Positions 33,209 through 43,406 of a DNA stretch of 43,406 bases are shown piece after piece. Both the position numbers and the translations under genes were made by a program. Numbering within the stretch: position 1 is the stretch's first letter; each line of letters opens with the position of its first letter. The notes below the pieces were generated by a model. The model was not told the origin of the DNA, ran no database searches, and was given only the letters and a program-made list of their open reading frames with translations. The stretch is from assembly GCF_000281045.1 (NCBI RefSeq), contig NW_008246129.1:143316-186721 (forward strand). Direction: 5' to 3'. Source of the stretch: Saprolegnia diclina VS20. Taxonomy: Eukaryota.

Positions 33209-34536
33209 ATGGCAGGCGGCAAGTACGTATCGGCGCGTGGCGCCGAGCGCGTCCTCGAGTATAAATACAGCGGCAGTGACGCGTCGATGCTGTACAACTA
33301 CGTCATCTCGCCGCTCGCGCAGCGCATCGTCGACGGCGTCTTCCCGGCGTGGCTCGCGCCCAACACCATCACGATCGCAGGTCTCGGCCTCGTCGCCACG
33401 TCGCACGCGCTCATGGCCTTTTACGCACCCTCGCTCGACACGCCGGCTCCGTCGTGGGTCTACGCCTTCTGCGCCTTTGCGCTCTCGACGTACCAAGTCT
33501 TGGACGTCACGGATGGCAAGCAGGCGCGGAAGACGGGCAACTCGTCGCCACTCGGGCTCCTCTTTGACCACGGTTGCGACGCTGTCAACTGTGTTTTGAG
33601 TGCGTGCACGATGGCGTCTACGATGCTCATGGGCCCGACGTACATGGTAGGCTGTGTCGCCAATACCATTCCACACGATTGACTCCGATTCCTAGTCGAT
33701 GGGCCTCTTGCTTTGCCCAGCGTGCGTCTTCTTCATGGCGACGTGGGAAGAGTACTACACGGGCACGCTTGCGCTCGGCGCGATCAACGGCCCGAACGAA
33801 GGCCTTGCGATCATGTACAGCATCTATGCGATGACGGCGATCACAGGCCCCGCCTTCTGGGCGCAGGTGCGTTGACAAAACGACTGCCGAATGTCCACGT
33901 CATGCAATTGCGCACTAGCCCTCGGTCGTGTATCCGTCGATCCCCAACAACCTTCTCTTCCTCATCGTAACGGCCCTCGGCTCGACGGGCCAGATCCTCG
34001 TCAATGGTATTATCCCTACTCGACGAAAAGGCTCACGAGCTGTGTCTAGTTTGGAACGTGTACGTGCAGCTCAAGGCCAAGCCGCTGGACTTTGTAAACG
34101 CGCTCTTCGGAACGCTGCCGTTCTTGGCGCTCATCGCCGTCTCGGCGCTCTGGGTTGCACTCTCGCCGTACGACGTCGTGCAGTACCACCCGCGCATGCT
34201 CATGTGGACGACGGGCCTCATGTTCTGCAAGGTACATGCCGTGTCATGACCGAAGGATGCATGTGACGTCATGACACATAGATGGTCATGCACATGATGC
34301 TCGCGCACTTGTGCGACGAACCGTACTGGCTCCTGCGCAAGTCGCTCGCGGCGATGCTTTTGGTCGCGGGCTTTGTCGTCGCGGGCCTCGTGCCGCACGT
34401 GACGGAGGACACGCTCGCGTACGCCTTCTTTGCGCTCACGCTCGTCGTGTACGCGCACATGGTCTATTACGTGATTGCCGAGATGACAGCGATCCTGCGC
34501 ATCAAGGTCTTCACTGTCAAGCCCAAGACCGCATAG
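33209..34536 (+). CDS. Choline/ethanolamine phosphotransferase (CDP-alcohol phosphotransferase, CEPT/AAPT), multi-exon
   Basis: YKYSGSDAS, PAWLAPNTITIAG, catalytic motif DVTDGKQARKTGNSSPLGLLFDHGCD, WEEYYTGTL..NGPNEG. Confidence 0.93.
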
Positions 34537-34554
34537 GCCGGACGATAACTTCAA

Positions 34555-36214
34555 TTACCCGACAATGCAGTCGTAACCGAGGACGGCGCAGAGCCAGAGC
34601 CAAAACATCTCGTCTCGCAGCACATAGCGTCCTGCCCACGCACACACTAGCAGCAATAAGAAGAGCACGCTTGGAACGAGCCATGAGGGAAGCGTCTCCT
34701 TGTCGAGTAAGTGCTACGTGGCGCAGGATGAGAATCCCAGATGACGCAAATTGCACACGGACCAGTGCTGCTTCAGTCGCACTGGACGCAGCTTCCAGTG
34801 CATGCAGGCGCTCCCAAACAAGCTCCAGCTTCTTTTGTAGCGCTTTGACGTCGTCGCGCATTTGTCGCATGTGCTCGGCTTGGGCGTCAGCCTACATTAG
34901 GTTCCGTTCGCCCTTGGTCATCCGCGGCGCTGCTGATATATACCTTTTCTTCCAGGAGCTTGCCCGTCGTCTCAAACTGAATGAGTTGGCTGCGCTGCTC
35001 GTCTTGCTCAAGCACACGGCCTTGCTCCAGCATCTCTGCGTCGTGCCGCCAGCGTGCCATTTCCGTCTCGAGGTCTCCGAGCAGTTGGCGTTGGACCTTG
35101 AGCTACAACCAGGCGCTGATTGCATGTACGGCGATCGAGTATTACCTCGTCAAGCAAGTCTTCTTGGTACTGACTCTGCGTGTGCAAGTCCTGGGACTGC
35201 ATGGACGCTTCGCCGTTGTGGAGGAACTGCGACACCTGCGCACTGAGTATCCCTACATCACATTATTAAACGCATTTGCGACGAGTGCCACATACGCAGT
35301 GAGGAGGACATGTCAACGGCTTGGCGCTCGGCATCAAGTTGGTTGCGCTCAAGCTGCCGCTTCTCTTCTTGCAGTCGCTCCAGGTGCTTGTTCATATCGT
35401 CCATCTTGCGCTGGAGATCCGTGAACATCCGCGGTTGCGGCGGCGAGCCATCCGAGACAGGCGATTGCAGGTCGTCTGTGACAAACTCTTTCGTGAGCGC
35501 ACGAAGCCGCTGGTGCGCGCGATCCGCCACGGCGATTGCCTCGTCGTCCGCCGACGAGCCAGCCCGTCGGTCGTAGTCGGACGATGATAACATCATGTCG
35601 AGCGGCGTCGAATCGTTCGGTACTTGAGTTCGCTTGGCATCGGGGTGCCATTTGTGAATGGCTTTTTGGCTCAGAAGCAGCTGCGAGCGAGTCGGGGACG
35701 TCTGCGACCTCGAGAGTCGCCGCGGCGAGCGAAGGCCGCGCGAGTGCCGCAGACCATCGTTCGAGGAGAGGTCTGTAAGACGCATACGGTCGGATCGAAG
35801 TCGCTGCTCGCTCGACGCTACGCGCTGGGCGATTTCGGCGAGGGACGTCTTGGTCGGCGTAATGTACGCCGAGCTACCGAGGCTGCTCGACAGCGACGGG
35901 GTAGGTGCGTCAAAGTCTTCCATGCTCAGAAAAACCGGGTTGCCTCGTGCTCGATGCTTCCGCGCTTTAATCTCATGGAGCTCGCTGCGGTGCTTGGCAA
36001 TCGCCTTGTCGATGTCGTCGCCGCTGTCACCAAAGGGGTCTCCCTCGGTCCCCGTCCGGCTCCGCTGAAGCTCGTCAGCCAGCCGCGCAATCGTCGGTGG
36101 ATCATCGTCGCTGCGGATGTCACTCACACTACCCTCGTCCATCGATGGAGCGTCGTCCGTAGCTTCGTCCAGCTCCTGGGTCCGGTGTTGGCGGTACCTG
36201 CTGCCGTCGGCCAT
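34555..36214 (-). CDS. Coiled-coil protein with a C-terminal transmembrane segment (putative tail-anchored)
   Basis: Disordered N-half, heptad-rich exons (LQRKMDDMNKHLERLQEEKRQLE; VKALQKKLELVWERL), and an inferred last exon ending WLVPSVLFLLLLVCAWAGRYV...GYDCIVG*. Confidence 0.7.
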
Positions 36215-36700
36215 CGTATATGGGCGCTTCGATTCGAAGGATTTTGCCGTGTTGAGGCTTGCTGGTTGTATGCGATGTATTGCTTCGATTCGAAGTACGT
36301 TTTGGAATTTACCAATCAGATCGCTCAAACATTACATTCCCTCCGTTTGGACGCCAATCAAATCGCTTCGTGGGCAAAATCTGCGATCCTGGGATACCAC
36401 ATCCCCGACTTTCTTGGTCCGCTCCAAGGACCAACTGTAGTTACTGGAGTCACCCATGCCAGGGCTTTAAGATGCAGTAAGAGTTTCCACCTGGCTAACT
36501 TGTAGTTGTCGTCATGCGGGTTCTTCACGCGATGCTATGTGCTCCAACTCAATGGTACAATTATACGGGCGCATCCGTGCAATGCGTCGCCCGTGAATGC
36601 AAGATACCGGTCATATCACGCCTTTGGACGAGTAAATTTTGTACAGAGTCGAGCGCAAAAGACAATAGTGGGTTGGTTACGCCCCGCCGTGTTGGACACA

Positions 36701-37900
36701 TTACTCTGCAGCCTCGTCAGCATTGTCCCCCTCATCGTACAGGAGGATGAGCCCCAAAAGGTCCATTTGCTCGGTCGACATGTCGTCGGCGCGGTGACGA
36801 ATGTGCGTCACGGCACTGCCGAGGTGCAGACGCCACGTTGATTCCGGCCACGCCGCCGTCGACGGCACCACAAATGTCGTAGGAACGCGGAGGTGTCCGA
36901 AATTGGCATCGTACGTCTTGAGCGCCAGGAGGATTACGTCCCACTGGTCGCCCAGTGGATCCCACGTAAATCCGAGATTCTCCAAGTCCTGGCGCCGCTC
37001 TTCGCTCACCGCGCTGTTGCGGAGGGAGCGCACGACGATACCGAGCGGAAGGCCCCAAAGCGCCTTGGGCCAGACCGCGTCGTCCGGGACAATGTAGCTC
37101 TTGGGCACAAGGAGGTCGTTGTACAGATCCCGGTACGTACGCAGCGCGAGAAGCTTCTTCTCCCAGTGGAGCTTAGGCATGTCCCACACAAAGCCAAGCT
37201 TGGACAGATCGTCTCGACGCGCTTGAGGCAAATCGGGCTGTTGGCGTAAACTGTTGACGAACCGGCCAAGTGATAGTCCGTGTAAGCGCGTGTCGGGCCA
37301 AGTAGGTGGTACGATAAAGCGCTGGGGTACACACACATCACCGTAAATGCTCTTGTAGTGGCGCAAGGCGGCGACATGGATGTCCCATTGTTCTTGCGCT
37401 GGGTCCCAGACAAACCCAAGCTCGCGCAACGCTGCCTGCTGCGGCTCATCGATCTTGACTCGGCCAGTTCGAATGTTGTGCACGAAGACACCCAGCTTGA
37501 TGCCCCATGTGTCGCGCGGCCATTGCGTGTTGCCAACCGGCACGACAAAGCTGCGCGGGACGAGGAGGTTTTTTCGGAGATCTTGGAACGTTGCCAGCGC
37601 AGCAAGCCGAGTCGACCACTTGAACGCAGAAGGGTCCCAGACAAATCCAATCGCGTCAAACGCGTCGACGACGGTGTTGGGGAGTTGCCCGCGAGCGTGT
37701 AGCCGTCGCAGGCGCCCGACGTTAAGCGTTTGGTCAGGTGCGCAGCTCGGAGCGATCATGGCGCTAGGTAGGTTGAGTCGCGGGCGGGGCGGGGTCTCCT
37801 GCGCATGCAAGGCTTTGGCGACCGCGAGAATGTCGTCGACGAAGGCTAGCGTCGCGAAGCCGCGCGGCCGGAGCATCATCGCTGTCCAAGCCCGTCGCAT
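36701..37900 (-). CDS. Helicase-associated (HA) domain repeat protein, single exon, possible mitochondrial presequence
   Basis: Four to five repeats of W...L.AL..Y...yG.l.VP..F.VP....WP...wGl.LG..V..iR......L..LGFVWD. N-terminus MRRAWTAMMLRPRGFA. Confidence 0.88.
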   Translation of the reverse strand: MRRAWTAMMLRPRGFATLAFVDDILAVAKALHAQETPPRPRLNLPSAMIAPSCAPDQTLNVGRLRRLHARGQLPNTVVDAFDAIGFVWDPSAFKWSTRLAALATFQDLRKNLLVPRSFVVPVGNTQWPRDTWGIKLGVFVHNIRTGRVKIDEPQQAALRELGFVWDPAQEQWDIHVAALRHYKSIYGDVCVPQRFIVPPTWPDTRLHGLSLGRFVNSLRQQPDLPQARRDDLSKLGFVWDMPKLHWEKKLLALRTYRDLYNDLLVPKSYIVPDDAVWPKALWGLPLGIVVRSLRNSAVSEERRQDLENLGFTWDPLGDQWDVILLALKTYDANFGHLRVPTTFVVPSTAAWPESTWRLHLGSAVTHIRHRADDMSTEQMDLLGLILLYDEGDNADEAAE

Positions 37901-37987
37901 GGGCTTCGAAGCGAAAATTTGATGAATAACAACCAATCACAAGCTGACCAACTTGGCCAAGCCAATCAGACGACAGAATTCATCGCC

Positions 37988-38629
37988 ATGGAAGTGGTCG
38001 AAATCCCGGTGAGGGCAACGTCTGCCGATGGCACGGACCGCGACGACGTCATCGAGCTCAGCTGCAACTGGGGCGTGGGCATCGGCGGCTCACTCTGGAC
38101 GAGTGGACGTCTCATGGTCGACTACTTCTCGCGCAATGGCCGGGCCCGCCAGCAGCTCCAAGGTGCCAGCGTGCTCGAGCTGGGCAGCGGCACAGGCCTC
38201 GTCGGCCTCGCTCTCGCGTGCATGGGTCCTGCCAGTGTTGTCTTGACCGACCTCGAATCGCACGTTGCGGCGCTCCAAGCTAATATCGAGCGCAACTCGG
38301 CGCGGTTCAGCGACGAAACGCGTGTCTCGGTGGCGGCGCTCGACTGGAACACAGTGTCGGCCAACGACGCGATGGTGCCACTCGACTGGATTGTCGGTAC
38401 GGACATTGCGTACATGCCCGAGTTCTATGCACCACTTTTGAAGACGCTGCAGCTGATGGCGGGCCCGAACACGCGCATCCTCGTCGGCCTCGGTCGCCAC
38501 GACACTGACATGCGCTTCTTTCGACTCCTTCAAGACGCGGGCTTCTCGTACTACAAGGTTTCAGACGAGCTCGTCTCGGAAGAGTTTCGGGGCAAGGACT
38601 TTGGATTGTTTGAGATCCAACGCGTGTAA
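37988..38629 (+). CDS. Protein-lysine methyltransferase, Methyltransf_16 (METTL21-like)
   Basis: GIGGSLWTSG, VLELGSGTGLVGL, VVLTDL, LDW, IVGTDIAY (DxxY motif). Confidence 0.92.
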   Translation: MEVVEIPVRATSADGTDRDDVIELSCNWGVGIGGSLWTSGRLMVDYFSRNGRARQQLQGASVLELGSGTGLVGLALACMGPASVVLTDLESHVAALQANIERNSARFSDETRVSVAALDWNTVSANDAMVPLDWIVGTDIAYMPEFYAPLLKTLQLMAGPNTRILVGLGRHDTDMRFFRLLQDAGFSYYKVSDELVSEEFRGKDFGLFEIQRV

Positions 38630-38931
38630 GTGTACTAGACATACATGTCCATGGCCGAGACTCTCAACTCACTATCGCCCAGCCCGATTTGGTAATATTT
38701 GAAAACGGAGTTTGCTGTGACAGAGCTACTGGAAGCATTTGATCAACGCATGTAGTTATGCTCTCTTTGGCGAAGAAGTCGCCGTGGACAGACCACATCG
38801 AGTAGTGTCCACAGGGTAGCGCAAGAAGGAGACCGGGGCCATCGGATGCAACCCAGTGCAACCAAGGAATCAAAAAGGACATGGCATGTTCTAAACAAGA
38901 AGAGAGGTCTAGCGAGGAGAAGTAGGCGGGT

Positions 38932-40001
38932 TTAGTTCTTCGAGAGCGAGGCCGACGCCGTCTCGTAGGCGCCAAAGAAGACAAAGCCGCCGATGCTGAT
39001 CCACATCGTGCGCGGCTTGACGCCCGAGAAGAGACGCTGCCAGCCCTCCTCCGTGTACACGCGCATGAACGTGTCCTTCATGCCGCGGTACTCGACGCCA
39101 TTCGCATCCTATCGCAAACACTGTTTCAAACAGTATTCCGTAATACGTCGCACACGCACCTTGCCGAGCATGAGGCGCGTCTTGACAACATCGAGCGGCG
39201 TCGTGATGGACGCCGCGATACCGCCCGAGATGGAACCGCAGAGTGCGCCCTGAAGCGCGCTCACTTGCTCGCCCTGCTTGGCGCTCCACGTCGCCTTGAG
39301 GCCTTCCCAGAGGGGAAATTGGATGAACGAAAACGGAATCTACGCGACCGAGTCAGAGCCAGAGACTGCAATGTCGACGTCTACCTCGCGCGCAAGCATG
39401 CTCCAGTAGCCGCGGTAGAAGCCCGCAATACCATTAGCAGCATGGAGCGTCTTAATCGAGTGCTGGAAACCGTTGAGAGCACCCGTTTGCATGTTTTGCT
39501 TGACGATTTCCGTCGGCACGCGCACGAGGCAGGCCGCCTGCACTCAGCTTATGAACTCACAAAGTCGGAGAAGCAGCAACACACCGTCTCGCCGCAAGCA
39601 GCCGCGCCCATGTGGATGAAGGGCGAGTTGGCCATGTGCGGGAGGTGCGTCTGGAGAGCCTCCTTCGCCGTCTCGTATGTGCTGAAAAAGAGAGCGGCTA
39701 CAACAGTGATGCATCAGCAGCCAAGAATAAGCGACGCGTTGAAGTACCGCCAGGCGCCGAGCCGGCCGCCGCAGCCGAAAGGCCCTTGTAGACGCCCTTG
39801 AAGCCACCGGCCTTGATGAAGCCCTGCGAGCTTTGGAGTCGCGTCTTGATCGTGTCCAGCGGGAAGAGCGCAACGTCCACGGACGTGCCAGCGATACCGC
39901 CAGCCTACATGCACGCTAGCGTGGGCAAGATAGCAATATTCAAAGGCACGTACGACGAGGGACGTGAAGAAACTCTTGGGCGCGGGGGCAGCGTCGGTCA
40001 T
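38932..40001 (-). CDS. SLC25A26: Mitochondrial S-adenosylmethionine carrier (SLC25A26/Sam5-like), multi-exon
   Basis: [105 protein letters not shown]. Confidence 0.93.
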
Positions 40002-40642
40002 CTTGCGGAGTGGACGCGAATTCTGCCGACCATCCCTGGGGCTGGATTGGTCGACTTTGACTATTCGTTTTGATTGGCGGAATTCCTTGAAGGGAGAGCT
40101 GATTGGCTGCATGGGTACGCCAGCTTGCGCATCACGGACGTCGGCGGAAGGCCATAAACGCGAGAAGCATTATTCAGCCTGGCGATGCCGACCCATCATC
40201 TATGAGCCGAGATCTACAAGCCTTTCGCTAGCCAGAGCTCTTCTCCACGCTCGTCCACGCCCCCAGAGCGCACCTGTACACGAAGATGCGCCATTGTGTG
40301 TGATTGGCTCCTTTTCGCGCTAGTGGATTGGTCCATAGGATTTTGAGTGTTTGGATTGGCTATTATCATCATGTATTATTATGGTGCTGCCATGATAAGG
40401 GTACGAACGAATTGGCAATCATTAAGATCTGAGAGCAACCTGTGCGTCAACACACTCCACATAGCATTTGTACATGCTTGTGACGCTCTTCTTGGCGTGT
40501 GCTTGTCTCCAAACCTGCGGAATACCGCCTCCGACATGCAAGCGTTTGTGACGGCGAACTTAACCGGAAGCAAGGGTCCGGAAAGATCCGTATAGCGAGA
40601 GGTTCGAAGTCACTTGGCAGTGATATCCATCCCGTCAAACAA

Positions 40643-42143
40643 ATGATCGGGCCGGCGCTTCTCCTGCGGCGCGCGCTGCCTCGCTACAGCCTTCTGGCCA
40701 AGGCGCCTTGTATCAAGCCCCAGCGAAGCCTTCTCTCGTCGCTCTCAGGCAGCTTTGGCTCCGGCTCCGGCTCCTCCAGCCGTCCTCTCGAGCTCAAGTA
40801 TCTCGAAGGCAACGGCGCGCTCGCTCTGGCGCTGCCGCTGCCCCTTCATGACAACGGCATGCTGGGCGGCGCGGAAGGTGATGTCGGCTTGGGCGTGCGT
40901 GTCTTCAGCATGCAGCCGACGACGTCTGTCGGTGGCTTCATCGCGCAGGTTCAGCAAGAAGACACAAGCGCCAAGGACGTTCAATTGCGCACGACGAAGG
41001 GCGTCGCGTTCCCGCCCGAGACGCCTTTTTCGACGCTCATGGCCGATGATTTCCAAATTGTTTTGAACGACAAGGTGCTCAAGGTTGCTGCGCCCGGTAA
41101 GTGGCTGACACGGATGGTCTGAAGCTGCAACGCGTCGCGTAGTCTTTACTGGCGACGCGTACACAAGCTTGCCCCAGGACGGTCAGCTCGACATTCGGTC
41201 TGTGGCGCACAAGGCGGCCATCATCAAGTTGCGTGAGACCATCGAGTCGCATCCGTACGCATCCACACACAGCGTCTGTCTGCTCATCCGTTGTGCTAGC
41301 AAATGGAAGATCGACGTCACCGAGTTTCGCAAGCTGGCGGCCGAGCACGGCATTCCCAAGAAGCAATCAAGCCAGGTGCTCCACGCGTTCCATCAAGTTG
41401 GTATTGTCTTCCACTTTGCCCAGGTACCGACTCGGAGCACGGAGTTTGGCCACTCACGTATCTTGGATATGGCTAGTCGCCGGACGAAGAGCTTAAGACG
41501 GCTGTCTTTCTCAAGCCGCGCAACGTTCTCGACACGTACTTCGACTCGCTCGGACTGACGCCGCCGACGACGCAGCACTACACCGAGGCGGTACGTCGCT
41601 TGCCCCGTGGACCTTCTGACGAGACGTTGCGTAGCGTCAAGCGCTCGAGACGGAGCTCGCCACGCTCATGCCCGAGCATGACGCCCTTTTGCACCTCAAG
41701 AAGGAACTGGACCACATGGCGCACAAGCGCGTTCGCGTCTACTGCTACCTGAGCTCCCTCGGTACGCATCCCATCCGATACCGCAGTCGTCTTATCGTTG
41801 GTATACAGGGCTTGTCGGTAGCTTTGGTCTCTACGCGTGGCTGTCGTTCATCCACTTTTCGTGGGATATCATGGAGCCTGTAACGTACTTTACGGGTTTC
41901 GGCGTCTCGATCGTCGGCTACACCTGGTGGACGTTCACGCAAAAGGAGTACGACTACGAGAACATCTACGACTACCTCTTCCAGGGCCGTCGCAAGAAGC
42001 TATATGCCCGTGCCGCCTTTGACGAAGCCAAGCTCGAGGCGCTCCAGGCTCGAGTTGTCGCCATCCAGAAGGACATTGGCGTCATTGCAGCCAAGGCGGT
42101 CAAGCCCACGTGCCTCCAGGCGCAGTTTCTCCAAAACGAGTAA
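40643..42143 (+). CDS. MCU: Mitochondrial calcium uniporter pore subunit, multi-exon
   Basis: Selectivity filter FSWDIMEPVTYF between two TM helices, followed by KEYDYE..RRKKLYARAAFD. Presequence-like N-terminus. Confidence 0.93.
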
Positions 42144-42270
42144 GCAGAATAGGCCGGACAATACATACACCACTGCTTTGTGAGCTTGGACAGCAAAAAG
42201 CTGCGATCGAATAGGGCTTGGTGAAGGGAAACTGCACGCCGAAAAAACGATTCTTTCTGGCGTCGAAGCG

Positions 42271-43406
42271 ATGCAGGATGTCGCACTAGAAATCGTTCGC
42301 TTCATTTCGGGTCCAAACGATCTCGTCGCGTTCCTCGAAGCCGTGCGCCCGGTGGACCGCAGCGAAGTCCTCGACAGCCTTCGCGCGCTCATGCTCGCGA
42401 TCCCTTCCGAGCGGCTCTGGCCGGAGCCGATGCTCGACTACGCGTCAGATGCCCTTCTAGGTGTCTTTGAGCGCACCTTACCAGCATTTTACGCCTTGCG
42501 CATCGGCAGCGACGTAGCATTTCTTCGACCGCCGCTCCTTCGATTGCCGCCGTCGACAGCCGTCATCTTGACCAACGCGTCCGTCTTTTCCGAAGAAATC
42601 GGTGACGTCTTCACGCCGTGGCCGACGAATCTCGTTGAAATGTCGCTCTTCTTGGCCTGCGACGTGGCCGACAAGGCATCGCTCTGCAGGGCGTGGCGCG
42701 ACTGTTGCCAGCTGCAGCGCGTCGATGTCCAATTTGAATCGCTGATCCAGACGCAACTCGACGCCTTCATGGACGTTGCGCGCACATCCTGGCCCTGCCT
42801 CCAGCACTTTTGTCTGAGCGTTGAAAAAGACGGCAGCAATGCGAGCGCCGAGTTCGAGTCCAGCGACAGTGTCTGCGCGTGGGTGATGCACACGTCAGCT
42901 ACGTCGCTCGGCTTGTCCGAGATGAGCTTTCCTGGCGCCACTGGTATTGCACTCTCTCAAACATTGTTCGACACCAAGACGGCGCTCACCTCGCTTGTGC
43001 TGGAGCATGTCGATGGGCTTGAGCCACCATCGTCACTCTCGTCAAATCTCAAGTCGCTTGTGTTGCACTCACTTGAGTTAACACCGAGCTAGCGTCTTAC
43101 GCGATGCAACTACCTCGTGTATGCCTCACGAGTCTCTCTGTGAATGCGGCGGTGCCGTTCAATGCCTCGGCGCTACTACTAGCTGCCACGACAAGCGTGT
43201 CCGACGTGGCTATCACAGGCGGCAATTTGCTCATGCTTTCTGCTCCAACGGCGTGTCGTCTGCAGCACCTCCGCCTTTGCGATGGTTCTTTCACCAATAG
43301 CGCCATGATCGGCCTCGCAGAGCTGTTAACGGTAACCGAGGCGCTGGAAACGCTTGCAATCGCTTTCACTGATGCAGATTGAAGGGCAGCAGGTTGAAGG
43401 GTAAGT
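42271..43406 (+). pseudogene. LRR/RNI-like protein gene, apparently frameshifted, runs off the window
   Basis: LRR-like segments (LQRVDV, LQHFCLS, LTSLVLE, LKSLVLH, LQHLRLC, LETLAIA). The reading frame shifts near 43080 without a plausible intron, and another stop occurs at 43380-43382. Confidence 0.55.

Noticed and set aside
36410..36435. Short hairpin TTGGTCC-n7-GGACCAA, plus similar ones at 9360-9379 and 38784-38812
   Set aside because: 7-bp stems are expected by chance; no ncRNA or MITE signatures.
37988..40001. SAM-dependent methyltransferase adjacent to the SAM carrier as a functional cluster
   Set aside because: Convergent housekeeping genes probably in different compartments; chance adjacency is plausible.

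Overview
Gene-dense eukaryotic genomic DNA with GC-rich coding sequence, many ~42-55 nt GT-AG introns and CCAAT-rich short divergent promoters. The gene content and intron style suggest an oomycete, probably Saprolegniales (inference). The window opens inside a Mutator-like (MULE) DNA transposon: 340-bp perfect terminal inverted repeats (1-340 / 2092-2431) flank a decayed transposase. About 24 protein genes follow: FYVE-RING, a ~7x cNMP-domain protein, a DUF4787-like RDEL protein, two SLC25 carriers, a bacterial-type tRNA-dihydrouridine synthase, a lipoyl-like protein, an Akr1-like palmitoyltransferase, TPR, RPAC2, capping protein alpha, Myb/SANT-like, EF-hand/WD40, ATG18/WIPI, XAP5, CEPT, HA-repeat, METTL21-like, MCU and LRR-like. 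The most unusual feature is a minus-strand cluster of four tRNA genes (13836-15050). All four have a tRNA-Gln-type body, but none has a Gln anticodon: they read TGA (Ser), CCT (Arg), TCT (Arg) and TAT (Ile, D-arm-deleted). Three have intact cloverleaves and Pol III terminators, and the two Arg-anticodon copies carry a compensatory stem change. Exon boundaries were inferred by eye, family names come from recalled motifs, and no database search was run.
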